DNA of 64,000 nt from an uncultured delta proteobacterium (lineage in GTDB: Bacteria; Myxococcota_A; Polyangia; Haliangiales; Haliangiaceae). The notes under the pieces are model-generated. The model searched no databases, was not told the origin of the DNA, and saw only the letters and a program-made list of their open reading frames with translations. Shown piece by piece: positions 54,649 through 63,133 of this stretch. Each line of letters begins with the position of its first letter. Position 1 is the first letter of the stretch. The stretch covers positions 4,000,001 through 4,064,000 of the forward strand of contig CAWKDB010000010.1 in assembly GCA_963848295.1 (NCBI GenBank), read 5' to 3'. The position numbers were made by a program, and so were the translations under genes.

Positions 54649-55518
54649 GTGGCCGCCGCGAAGTTATCGAAGGAGAGCCTGTTCTCGCGCGGCGCCGCGC
54701 GCGAGAAGAACCTGGCGTACTTCGCGCTCCTCGATCGCAAGCTCGCTCGCAAGGACATCCCGCACACCCGGTTCGTCAGCCTGTATCAGGGGACGGTGAC
54801 CGCGCTCGATGACGTCAACTGGCGCACCGCCGGCATGTGCATCGTCAAGAAGCCGGTGCTGAAGGTGATCGCGGTCGGCACCGCGGGCCAGGTGTTCGCG
54901 TACGTCGGCGGCAACGCGATGGCCGAATCGATCGCCCCGACGCCGACCGACTTGCGCGGCTGCACCGTCGTCGGCGGCTACGCGTATGCGTGCGGCGCGA
55001 ATCGCGAAGTGTTCCGCCGCTACGCCGAGGGCAAGTGGCTCGCGATGCCGGCGCCGAGCGGCGGCTCGTTCGAGGCGATCGCGGGGTACCACGACCGCGA
55101 GATCTATGCGGTCGGCGCCGACGGCGAGATCTGGCAGCTCGAGAACACCGACTGGCTCCAGCGCACGAGCCCGGTGAAGGTCGCGCTCACCGGCGTGTGC
55201 TGCGCGGACGACGATCGCGTGTATGCGGTCGGCCAGCGCGGCACGCTCGTCGTAGGCCGCGACGACACGTGGAAGAAGTTGCCGCAACCGAAGCTGACCG
55301 ACGATCTCTGGGATGTGTGCTGGTTCGGCGGCAAGCTGTACGCGGCGAGCACCTCGACGTTGTACGTGCTGAAGGGCTCGGTGCTCGCGCCGGTCGACTT
55401 CGGCTCGGCCGCGCCGAAGAGTTGCTACCGGCTGACCCACGCCGACGGCGTGCTGTGGTCGATCGGCCAAGACAGCGTCGCGTTCTACGACGGCGTCAAG
55501 TGGACGCGTTGGGACTGA
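54649..55518 (+). CDS. Beta-propeller-like hypothetical protein
   Basis: Repeats IYAVGADGEIW / VYAVGQRGTLV / YAYACGANREVF. Confidence 0.7.
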   Translation: MAAAKLSKESLFSRGAAREKNLAYFALLDRKLARKDIPHTRFVSLYQGTVTALDDVNWRTAGMCIVKKPVLKVIAVGTAGQVFAYVGGNAMAESIAPTPTDLRGCTVVGGYAYACGANREVFRRYAEGKWLAMPAPSGGSFEAIAGYHDREIYAVGADGEIWQLENTDWLQRTSPVKVALTGVCCADDDRVYAVGQRGTLVVGRDDTWKKLPQPKLTDDLWDVCWFGGKLYAASTSTLYVLKGSVLAPVDFGSAAPKSCYRLTHADGVLWSIGQDSVAFYDGVKWTRWD

Positions 55519-56223
55519 CTACAGCCGGGCGCGAAGCTCGATGTCGTCGGCTTCGATCGCGGCGCGCAGCCGGGTCAGCGTATCGAGTCGGATCCGCGCT
55601 TTAGTGGCGGCGTGCGCGGCGCGATTCAGGCGCTGGAGCTGCGCCATCACGGTGCTCGCGGTGGCGGAGAGCTCGCCCGCTGGGACGACGCGATCGAAGA
55701 ACCCGGCGCTGACCGCACCGTCGGGGTCGAACATCTCGGACAGCGCGACCGCGCGATGGAAGTGAGTCGGTGATAAGCGCTCGCGGCACAGCGTCGCGGC
55801 GAAGTGCGGCATCGTCAGGCCGATCGCGACCTCGTTCGCGCCGATCTTGAACGCGCCTTGCGTCGCGATCCGATACTCGCCGGCCAACGCGAGGAACGCG
55901 CCCATCGCGACCGCATGGCCGTTGCATGCGACGACGACGGGCAGCGGGAACGCGAACACTCGCGCGACCAGCTCGAAGCCGGCGCGGACGAGCCGCGCGG
56001 CATCGGCGCCGCCCGCGCCCAGGATCTTGAGATCGAAGCCGCCGGACAACACGCCGTCGCGGCCGGTGAGCACGACGCCGGCGTGATCGGCCTCGGCGCG
56101 CCCGAAGGCGGCGTCGAGCTCCTCGAACATCGCGAACGACAGCGCGTTGGCCTTGCCGTCGTCCATCGCGATCGTTGCGGTTCCATCGGCGAGCTCGTAG
56201 CGGACGCGTTGGGTCATGGTCAC
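55519..56223 (-). CDS. Crotonase/enoyl-CoA hydratase family protein
   Basis: MDDGKANAL, SGGFDL, GHAVAMGAFL, IGANEVAIGL. Confidence 0.9.
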   Translation of the reverse strand: MTMTQRVRYELADGTATIAMDDGKANALSFAMFEELDAAFGRAEADHAGVVLTGRDGVLSGGFDLKILGAGGADAARLVRAGFELVARVFAFPLPVVVACNGHAVAMGAFLALAGEYRIATQGAFKIGANEVAIGLTMPHFAATLCRERLSPTHFHRAVALSEMFDPDGAVSAGFFDRVVPAGELSATASTVMAQLQRLNRAAHAATKARIRLDTLTRLRAAIEADDIELRARL

Positions 56224-56229
56224 GGCCGC

Positions 56230-56239
56230 GATACTAGCG
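56230..56239 (+). repeat. 10-bp direct repeat GATACTAGCG, left copy
   Basis: Exact match to 57243-57252. Confidence 0.8.
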
Positions 56240-56252
56240 GCAATGCCGCTCA

Positions 56253-56312
56253 GATAACGTTGACCTTGACCTGAACCTGAACTTGAACGGCAGCTTAGAC
56301 GTTGTCGTTGAC
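56253..56312 (+). repeat. Degenerate hexamer tandem array (10 units)
   Basis: gataac gttgac cttgac ctgaac ctgaac ttgaac ggcagc ttagac gttgtc gttgac. Confidence 0.75.
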
Positions 56313-56348
56313 ACCGCAACCCAGAGTTGTGTGGCCGATAGCCCGGTC

Positions 56349-56507
56349 ATGCTCAGCTTCCAGAAGCTTCGCGTCTATCAACGCTCGATCGAGTTCCTCG
56401 CGCTGGCACTGGAGATCATCGGCGAGCTTCCGAAGGGTCATGCCGAGCTTGCCGATCAGCTGGTCGGCGCCGCGCAGTCGCAACGTCGTAACATCGCCGA
56501 GGGTGCT
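56349..56507 (+). pseudogene. Four-helix-bundle protein (TIGR02436 / 23S-IVS / bAvd-like), 3'-truncated after 53 codons
   Basis: MLSFQKLRVYQRS...LPKGHAELADQL..AAQS...NIAEGA; second half absent. Confidence 0.85.
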
Positions 56508-57156
56508 CCTCGCGAACGTCTATTTACACGAGGTGCTCGACACGTGGTTCGAGACGGACGTGAAGCCTAGGCTGCAAGGCCACGCGTTTCTCATCCGGTA
56601 CGCGGACGACGCTGTCCTCGTATTCTCGTCGGAAAAGTGACGCTCGCAAGGTGATGGACGTACTGCCGAAACGATTCGGCAAATACGGACTGAAGCTCCA
56701 TCCAACGAAGACGCGGCTGGTGAGGTTTGTCCGGCCGCATCACAACGACACCCCGAAGGACGTGGACACCGAGAGCTTCGATCTTCTCGGCTTCACGCAC
56801 TTCTGGGGAAAGTCGCTGAAGAAAATGTGGGTGGTGAAGCGGCAGACAGCTCGCAGCCGATTCGGTCGCGCGCTTCAACGGGTCAGCCAGTGGTGCAGGA
56901 TTCATCTGCACGACAAGATCGCCAGACAGCACAAACACCTCTCGCAGATGCTTCGCGGGCACTACGGCTATTACGGCATCACCGGAAACGCCAACGTGCT
57001 CTCGCGCGCTTCTTCTACGAGGTGACGCATGTCTGGCAGAAGTGGCTGCACCGACGGACAGGACGCGGTGCGATGCCGTGGCCACGATTCATGCGCGTGC
57101 TGGAGCGATATCCGCTTCCGCCACCCAAGGTCGTCCATAGCGTCTACCGGACGTAG
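56506..57156 (+). pseudogene. Group II intron RT/maturase fragment (RT4-7 plus X domain, no En), two frameshifts
   Basis: LLANVYLH, IRYADD, YGLKLHPTKT, FDLLGFTH, LRGHYGYYG; frameshifts near 56637 and 57005. Confidence 0.9.
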
Positions 57157-57171
57157 CGAACCCGTGGACGA

Positions 57172-57241
57172 AGAGCCGGATGCCGGAAATCGGCACGTCC
57201 GGATCTGTGGGAGCCCCGGGTCACACCCGGGGCAACGCGAC
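57172..57241 (+). ncRNA. Group II intron domains V and VI
   Basis: AGAGCCGGATGCCGGAAATCGGCACGTCCGGATCT with AGC triad and AC bulge; DVI stem GCCCCGGG/CCCGGGGC; ends ...CGAC. Confidence 0.9.
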
Positions 57242-57242
57242 T

Positions 57243-57252
57243 GATACTAGCG
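57243..57252 (+). repeat. 10-bp direct repeat GATACTAGCG, right copy
   Basis: Starts 1 nt after the predicted intron 3' end; exact match to 56230-56239. Confidence 0.8.
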
Positions 57253-57306
57253 CAGCGCGATGTGCCTTGTTGACCGTGGCGTCGACCGTGCCCATGTTCA
57301 TCGGTC

Positions 57307-58194
57307 ATGAGCACCAAAGAGGTCATTCGGGTGGTGACTGCGCATCGCCAGAGCGAAGGCGGTGGGTTCATCGTGCGCCGCCCGGTGCCGACCGCCGGGC
57401 TCGAGCTCGTCGACCCGTTCTTGCTGATCGACGAGATGGGCCCGATCGATTACGCGCCGGGTGAAGCGGTCGGGGCTCCCGACCATCCGCATCGCGGGTT
57501 CGAGACGATCACCTACGCCCTCGCCGGCGAATTCGAGCACGAGGATTCGGCCGGTCACGCCGGCAAGCTCGCTGCAGGCGACGTGCAATGGATGACTGCA
57601 GGCGGCGGCATCGTTCACTCCGAAGAGCCGTCGCAACGGATCCGCGACCAGGGCGGTCGCGTCCACGGCTTTCAGGTCTGGGTCAACCTGCCGGCGAAGC
57701 TCAAGATGACGCAGCCGCGTTACCAAGAGGTCAAGTCGGCCGCGATTCCGCGCGCCGAGACCCCCGACGGCCGGGCTCGGGTCGTGGTCATCGCCGGCTC
57801 GGCGCTCGGCGTCGACGCGGTGATCGACACGCACACGCCGGTCGCGTATCAGGACTGGACGCTCGACGCCGGCGGTGACGCGACCGTCACGCTCGATCAC
57901 GGCGAGCGTGCGCTGGTCTATGTATTCGGCGGCTCGGCGCGCATCGGCGATGAAGGTCGCGTGATCGGCGACGGCCAGCTCGCGATCCTCGGCGAAGGCA
58001 CGACCGTCCGGCTGCGCGGGCCCGAGGCCGGCGCATCGGCGCGGCTGTTGCTGCTCGCGGGAACGCCGCTGCACGAGCCGGTCGCGCGCTACGGTCCGTT
58101 CGTGATGAACACGCGCGACGAGCTGATCCAGGCGTTCGACGACTACCAGAGCGGCCGGATGGGCGAGATCACGCGGACCGCGCGCGTTGCCTGA
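57307..58194 (+). CDS. Pirin family protein
   Basis: DPFLLID, HPHRGFETITY, QWMTAGGGIVHSE, YGPFVMNT. Confidence 0.95.
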   Translation: MSTKEVIRVVTAHRQSEGGGFIVRRPVPTAGLELVDPFLLIDEMGPIDYAPGEAVGAPDHPHRGFETITYALAGEFEHEDSAGHAGKLAAGDVQWMTAGGGIVHSEEPSQRIRDQGGRVHGFQVWVNLPAKLKMTQPRYQEVKSAAIPRAETPDGRARVVVIAGSALGVDAVIDTHTPVAYQDWTLDAGGDATVTLDHGERALVYVFGGSARIGDEGRVIGDGQLAILGEGTTVRLRGPEAGASARLLLLAGTPLHEPVARYGPFVMNTRDELIQAFDDYQSGRMGEITRTARVA

Positions 58195-58233
58195 TAAGGA
58201 GCGGCCCCGCTCTCGAGCTGCGCTCTTCGCGGC

Positions 58234-58986
58234 CTAGTGTGGCGCCGGTGCAGGACCCGCGAACCGAGCGTCCAGCTCGCCGAGCATCTGGCGGACATGT
58301 TCGCCGGCCTTCGTGTAGCGCTGCGCATGGTCGTCGCCAAACGCGCCTTGATCGACGCACACGACGACGAGCCGGAACGTGCCGTTCGGACGCGGCTGCG
58401 GCACGAACTTCACCGTCGCGCTCGTCCACTGGCCGGGGTCGAGCGTGCTGACCTCGGTCTCCGCCATCGTCTTGATGCCGTCGGTCGTCAGCTTGTAGAT
58501 CCAGACCTCGACGCGTGAAGCGCCGCGATTCGTGAACGCGTACTTGTGACCGCCGCTGTAGATGTCCTCGACGTCGACGCCGAGCTGGGCCAACGTGTCG
58601 ATCTCGGGCGCGACGAGCTTGACCAGCTCGAGCTGGCCCGAGGCGGTCGGCGGCGTCACGTCGACATCTTTGACGCTCGCCGCGAGCTTGGCGTTGACGG
58701 TTGGAACCAGCGGTGGTGGGTCGGTGTTCTGGGGCCCGGTCCGCGGCGGCGCATCGTGAGGATCACCTTCTCGCGGTGGATCGCGGTACACCGCGGGCTC
58801 GTTCGGAGGCGGGCCGCTGCTGTAGCTCTGCGCCGGGCCGCTGCTGCTCGGTCCTCCGGACGGCACCATGCCCTGATATCCGCTCGGGCCATACGACGAG
58901 CAGCGAGAGTCCTGACAGGGCCCACTACACGCGCTGGCGAGGAGCGCGATCGCGACGGAAACTGCTCGAAACACCTCGGCCGCCAT
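58234..58986 (-). CDS. Hypothetical lipoprotein
   Basis: LASAC lipobox; low-complexity linker; start uncertain. Confidence 0.55.
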   Translation of the reverse strand: MAAEVFRAVSVAIALLASACSGPCQDSRCSSYGPSGYQGMVPSGGPSSSGPAQSYSSGPPPNEPAVYRDPPREGDPHDAPPRTGPQNTDPPPLVPTVNAKLAASVKDVDVTPPTASGQLELVKLVAPEIDTLAQLGVDVEDIYSGGHKYAFTNRGASRVEVWIYKLTTDGIKTMAETEVSTLDPGQWTSATVKFVPQPRPNGTFRLVVVCVDQGAFGDDHAQRYTKAGEHVRQMLGELDARFAGPAPAPH

Positions 58987-59126
58987 TATTACTCGAAGCG
59001 CGCCGCCGCGCCATTCCGCGTTACCGAGCCCCGCCCGGCGAAGTAACGACCTTCGTTGAGCCTTTCGGCCAGGTTGCTAGCCGGCTTCGCCGTGGCCACA
59101 ACGGTAGGTCAAAGGAAGGATTCGTC

Positions 59127-61511
59127 ATGTCTCAACCTCTACCGGTCGTCGCGATGCGTAGTGCGGTCGTGTTTCCGGGAACGAGCCTGCCCATCACGGC
59201 AGCTCGCTCCCAGACGCTGCGGGCGATCGAGGCCGCGCTGCGCGACCCGGAGCACCGCGTGTTTGCGGTCGCGCAACGCGACGACGCCGATGAAGTCTCT
59301 CCCGAGAATCTCTATCTGACCGGGACGATCGCGACGCTGAGCTCCGTGCAACGCGGGCTCGGCGGCGTCCGACTCGTGCTCGAAGGCCTGCATCGCGGCG
59401 TTTCCGTGCGGGTGACGCCGACTGACGGCTACCTGGTCGCGACCGTCGCCGAGGCGGCGGAGCTCCAGCCGCTCGATGTCAAGGACCCTTCGTTCGTCGG
59501 CCTTCACCGGGAAGTGCGTGACCGTGCCGCCGAGCTCGCGAAGAAGCGCGGTGTGCCCGCCGAGGCGGTCGATCAGATGCTGAAACAGATCACCGAGCCC
59601 GGCCAGCTCGCGGACTTGGTCGCGTCGTACCTCGACGTGCCGGCCAGCGATCGCCAAGCGATCCTCGAAGATCTCGAGGTCGAGGCGCGGCTACGTCGCG
59701 TGTTGATCCACGTCCAACGCCAGATCGACGTGCTGTCCGCGCAGGAAGAGATTCAATCGAAGGTTCAAGAGGAGCTCGGCGGCCGGCAGCGCGACCTGTA
59801 CCTGCGCGAGCAGATGAAGGCGATCCAGAAGGAGCTCGGCGAAGGCGAAGGCGCCGCCGACGACTCGCTCAAGGAGCTCGAAGCGAAGCTCAAGGCGCTG
59901 CCGCTCCCCGATGCGGCGCGAAAAGAGGTCGATCGCGAGTGGGCGCGGCTGACGCGGATCGGCCGTGAATCGGTCGAGGCGCAGGTCATTCGCACGTATC
60001 TCGAGACGATCGTGGAGCTGCCGTGGGGCAAGCGCACCGAAGAGCTACTCGACGTTCAGCAGGCCGCGAAGATCCTCGACGAGGACCACTTCGGCCTGGG
60101 CGAGGTCAAGGACCGCGTGCTCGAGTTCCTCGCGGTGCATCAGCTGACGAAGGCGAAGGAGAAGAAGGGCCGGATCTTGCTGTTCGCCGGTCCACCCGGC
60201 GTTGGCAAGACGTCGATCGCGAAGTCGATCGCTCGCGCGATGGGGCGTGAATACGTCCGGATCTCGCTCGGCGGCGCGCGCGACGAGGCGGACATCCGGG
60301 GCCACCGGCGGACGTACATCGGCGCGCTGCCGGGTCGGATCCTTGCGGGGATGAAGCAGGCCGGCAGCAAGAACCCGGTATTCCTGCTCGACGAGGTCGA
60401 CAAGCTCGGGATGTCGCATCAAGGCGACCCCGCGGCCGCGCTGCTCGAGGTCCTCGACCCCGCGCAGAACGACTCGTTCACCGACCATTACCTCGGCGTG
60501 CCGTTCGATCTGTCCGAGGTGATGTTCATCGCGACTGCGAACTTCATCGCGAACATCCCGGGCCCGTTGCTCGATCGCATGGAGGTCGTGGACTTCGCCG
60601 GCTACACCGAGCGCGAGAAGCTCGAGATCGCGAAGCACTACCTGGTCGCGCGCCAGCTCGCGGACAACGGCCTCACCGCCGATCAGCTCGTGGTCAGCGA
60701 CGATGCGATCCGCGAGGTGATCTCGAGCTACACGCGTGAAGCGGGTGTCCGCCAGCTCGAGCGCGAGCTCGGCAGGCTGTTCCGCAAGGTCGCGCGGCGG
60801 ATCGCGGCGAAGGAGATCGAGCGCAAGGAGCTCGGGCGCGAAGACGTGCGGCCGCTGCTCGGCCGGCCGCGCGTGCACCCCGAGAAGGCGGCGCCCGAGG
60901 ACCAGATCGGGTTGGCGACCGGCATGTACTACACGCCGGCAGGCGGCGACATCATGTTCGTCGAGGCGGCGCCGATGCGCGGCAAAGGCGATCTGATCCT
61001 GACCGGTCAGCTCGGCGACGTGATGAAGGAGTCGGCGCGGGCCGCGTGGACGTACGCGCGCGCTCATGCCGATGACTTGATGATCGACGACCGGGTGTTC
61101 GAGCGCGACGTCCACGTCCACGTCCCGGCGGGCGCGATCCCGAAGGATGGACCGTCCGCGGGGATCGCGATGGCGACCGCGATGGTGTCGGCCTTGTCGG
61201 GTCGACCGGCTCGGCACGAGGTCGCGATGACCGGCGAGATCACGCTGTCGGGCCGGGTGTTGCCGATCGGTGGGCTCAAAGAGAAAGTGCTCGGAGCCGT
61301 GCGCGCCGGCATCACGCACATCGTGATTCCGCGCGACAACGAGGCCGATCTCGACGACCTGCCCGCGGACGTGCGCGACAAGCTCGTCGTGTCGCCGGTC
61401 GATTCGCTTGCCGAGGCACTCGCGATCACGTTGCGCGACACCTCGCTGCGCAACGGTCGGTTGTTCTCTGGCGCGCGGACGGATGCCGGCGCGGACGTCC
61501 TCGCACACTGA
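59127..61511 (+). CDS. lon: Endopeptidase La (Lon protease)
   Basis: LON N-domain, GPPGVGKTS, LLDEVDK, PKDGPSAG, IGGLKEK; SD-like AGGAAGGA upstream. Confidence 0.95.
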   Translation: MSQPLPVVAMRSAVVFPGTSLPITAARSQTLRAIEAALRDPEHRVFAVAQRDDADEVSPENLYLTGTIATLSSVQRGLGGVRLVLEGLHRGVSVRVTPTDGYLVATVAEAAELQPLDVKDPSFVGLHREVRDRAAELAKKRGVPAEAVDQMLKQITEPGQLADLVASYLDVPASDRQAILEDLEVEARLRRVLIHVQRQIDVLSAQEEIQSKVQEELGGRQRDLYLREQMKAIQKELGEGEGAADDSLKELEAKLKALPLPDAARKEVDREWARLTRIGRESVEAQVIRTYLETIVELPWGKRTEELLDVQQAAKILDEDHFGLGEVKDRVLEFLAVHQLTKAKEKKGRILLFAGPPGVGKTSIAKSIARAMGREYVRISLGGARDEADIRGHRRTYIGALPGRILAGMKQAGSKNPVFLLDEVDKLGMSHQGDPAAALLEVLDPAQNDSFTDHYLGVPFDLSEVMFIATANFIANIPGPLLDRMEVVDFAGYTEREKLEIAKHYLVARQLADNGLTADQLVVSDDAIREVISSYTREAGVRQLERELGRLFRKVARRIAAKEIERKELGREDVRPLLGRPRVHPEKAAPEDQIGLATGMYYTPAGGDIMFVEAAPMRGKGDLILTGQLGDVMKESARAAWTYARAHADDLMIDDRVFERDVHVHVPAGAIPKDGPSAGIAMATAMVSALSGRPARHEVAMTGEITLSGRVLPIGGLKEKVLGAVRAGITHIVIPRDNEADLDDLPADVRDKLVVSPVDSLAEALAITLRDTSLRNGRLFSGARTDAGADVLAH

Positions 61512-61550
61512 CGGACGGTCCTGGGCCGGGTCTCGCGTATAGTCGCCGAG

Positions 61551-61970
61551 ATGCGGCCCTTCTTGTTGTGTGTTCTCGCGGCGTGTTGGAGCGGCGATGC
61601 CAAGCCGGTCGCGGCGCCGACACAGCCAACGCCAGCTCCGGTCGCGACGTCGAATCGCGCTCCCGCGCCGGTGGATGCCGCCGCGGCCGAGCGCGGTGCC
61701 GAGCTCGCACGCCAGAAGGGCTGCGTGCGGTGTCACACGGTCGACGGCTCGGCGAGGGTCGGACCGACGTGGCTCCGCGCGTGGGGCAGCACGATCACGA
61801 CCGAGGACGGCCGTCGCGTCGATGTCGACGAGGCGTATGTGCGGCGGTCGATCCTCCAGCCGCAGGCCGATCTCGTGAAGGGGTTCCCGCCTGTGATGCC
61901 GACGTTCGATGGCGTGCTGAAACCCGACGAGCAAGACGATCTCGTCGCGTACATTCGGTCACTGCGCTGA
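61551..61970 (+). CDS. c-type cytochrome lipoprotein (CoxB C-terminal-like)
   Basis: CVRCH, VGPT, YVRRSILQPQADLVKGFPPVMP. Confidence 0.85.
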   Translation: MRPFLLCVLAACWSGDAKPVAAPTQPTPAPVATSNRAPAPVDAAAAERGAELARQKGCVRCHTVDGSARVGPTWLRAWGSTITTEDGRRVDVDEAYVRRSILQPQADLVKGFPPVMPTFDGVLKPDEQDDLVAYIRSLR

Positions 61971-62032
61971 GCCCGCGACCGTTGGTTGCGCGGGTTGCGA
62001 CGCGGACCCGGTAGTTTGCTACGCTGGCGCCC

Positions 62033-62460
62033 GTGTCCGCTGTGTTCGAAGCTTGGATGCGGTGGGCACGCGCGTCGTTCGACGAGATGGACGCACGCGG
62101 CAAGGGCCGCGAGGTCGATCCGGCCGCGCGACAAGTCGCGCGCGACCTCGCGCTCGCAGCGGGTCGCGGCCCGATCGGCGAGCTCGCCGACCGACTCGCC
62201 CTGACCGCGGATGACGTCGACTTCCTCGTGGTCGTTGTCGCGTGCTCGATCGATCCGTTGATCGTCGTGCGCCGGCGGCAAGTCGTCGGCGATGGTGCGT
62301 TGCTCGGGGTGGACCTCGCGACGTTTGTCTCGATGGCGGGGCTCGATCCCGCCGACGCGTGGAGGTTCGCTCTGCGCGCCGGTCGCGACTATCCGCTCGT
62401 TCGCGCAGGGCTGATCGAGATGGTCGATGGCGATGGCGTTGCCGGTGCGAGCCTACGTCG
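62033..62460 (+). pseudogene. Probable N-terminal remnant of an AAA ATPase (winged-helix-like region)
   Basis: LADRLALTADDVDFLVVVVACSIDP...PLVRAGLIE pattern; no Walker A; ORF then reads antisense into the phosphatase to 62917. Confidence 0.45.
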
Positions 62461-63112
62461 CGAGCTTCGTGGCGGCCGCGAGCGCCGCGCGCTGATGTGC
62501 GTTGAGACCGATCCGCGGCCGGATCGCCCGCATCTTGGCCTCGACATCTTCGAGCGTCGCGTCGCCGCGGTGGACCAATACCGCGGCGGCGACCGTCGCC
62601 GACCGGCCGTGGCCGAACGCGCAGTGGATCAACGCGGGGCCGCCGGCCGCGACGACCTGATCGACCGCTTCGGCGATCTGGCGAGGCGTCGGCGCCCGCG
62701 CATCGAGCGTCGGGATCGTGAGATAGGTACGACCGTCGTGCACGCCGCGCGCGGCTGGCATCTCCGCACACAGATCGACGACCATCGCGATGTCGCTCCC
62801 GAGCTCGTGCGCGCGCGGCCGCCGTCCGACCCACACACCGGGTGCGACCTCGCTCGCGACCGGCTCGCGGGTGAACCGGCGCACGAGCTCGTGACCGATC
62901 CACTGGTAGAGAAATAGCGGCCCCCACGCGAGCCACGCGTACCACGGCAGCGAGCCGTCGGGCCGCTTACCGAACGCGCGCGGCACGCCCACGAGATACA
63001 CGATCCACGCCGCGATCATGACCGTCGCCGGCCAGAGCACGACGTAGGCGTGCGTCGCGAGGGCGATGTAGACGAGCGCACCGGCTAGCACCGGAAACGC
63101 GTAGAGGATCAC
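62453..63112 (-). CDS. Membrane-anchored dual-specificity protein phosphatase family protein
   Basis: IHCAFGHGRSA (HCx5R); N-terminal TMs; FGKRPDG. Confidence 0.88.
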   Translation of the reverse strand: MILYAFPVLAGALVYIALATHAYVVLWPATVMIAAWIVYLVGVPRAFGKRPDGSLPWYAWLAWGPLFLYQWIGHELVRRFTREPVASEVAPGVWVGRRPRAHELGSDIAMVVDLCAEMPAARGVHDGRTYLTIPTLDARAPTPRQIAEAVDQVVAAGGPALIHCAFGHGRSATVAAAVLVHRGDATLEDVEAKMRAIRPRIGLNAHQRAALAAATKLAT

Positions 63113-63133
63113 GCGCTCCTTGTAGCACTGCTC

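Larger units (their letters stand above)
56505..57241 (+). mobile_element. 5'-truncated group II intron
   Basis: RT/maturase 3' part followed by domain V and VI; no 5' ribozyme domains. Confidence 0.9.

Noticed and set aside
56253..56312. CRISPR array or coding repeat
   Set aside because: Period is 6 nt with no spacers and no cas genes; ORFs crossing it are upstream extensions of neighbouring frames
56503..56507. GTGCT as a genuine group II intron 5' end
   Set aside because: Does not match GUGYG and is followed directly by mid-RT coding sequence rather than domain I
56349..57241. Diversity-generating retroelement (Avd-like gene next to an RT)
   Set aside because: The RT has group II maturase features followed by DV/DVI, both genes are fragments, and I saw no TR/VR pair with adenine-specific mismatches (checked by eye only)
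58199..58212. Intrinsic terminator after pirin
   Set aside because: Short GC stem with a minimal loop and no U-tract; not distinguishable from chance
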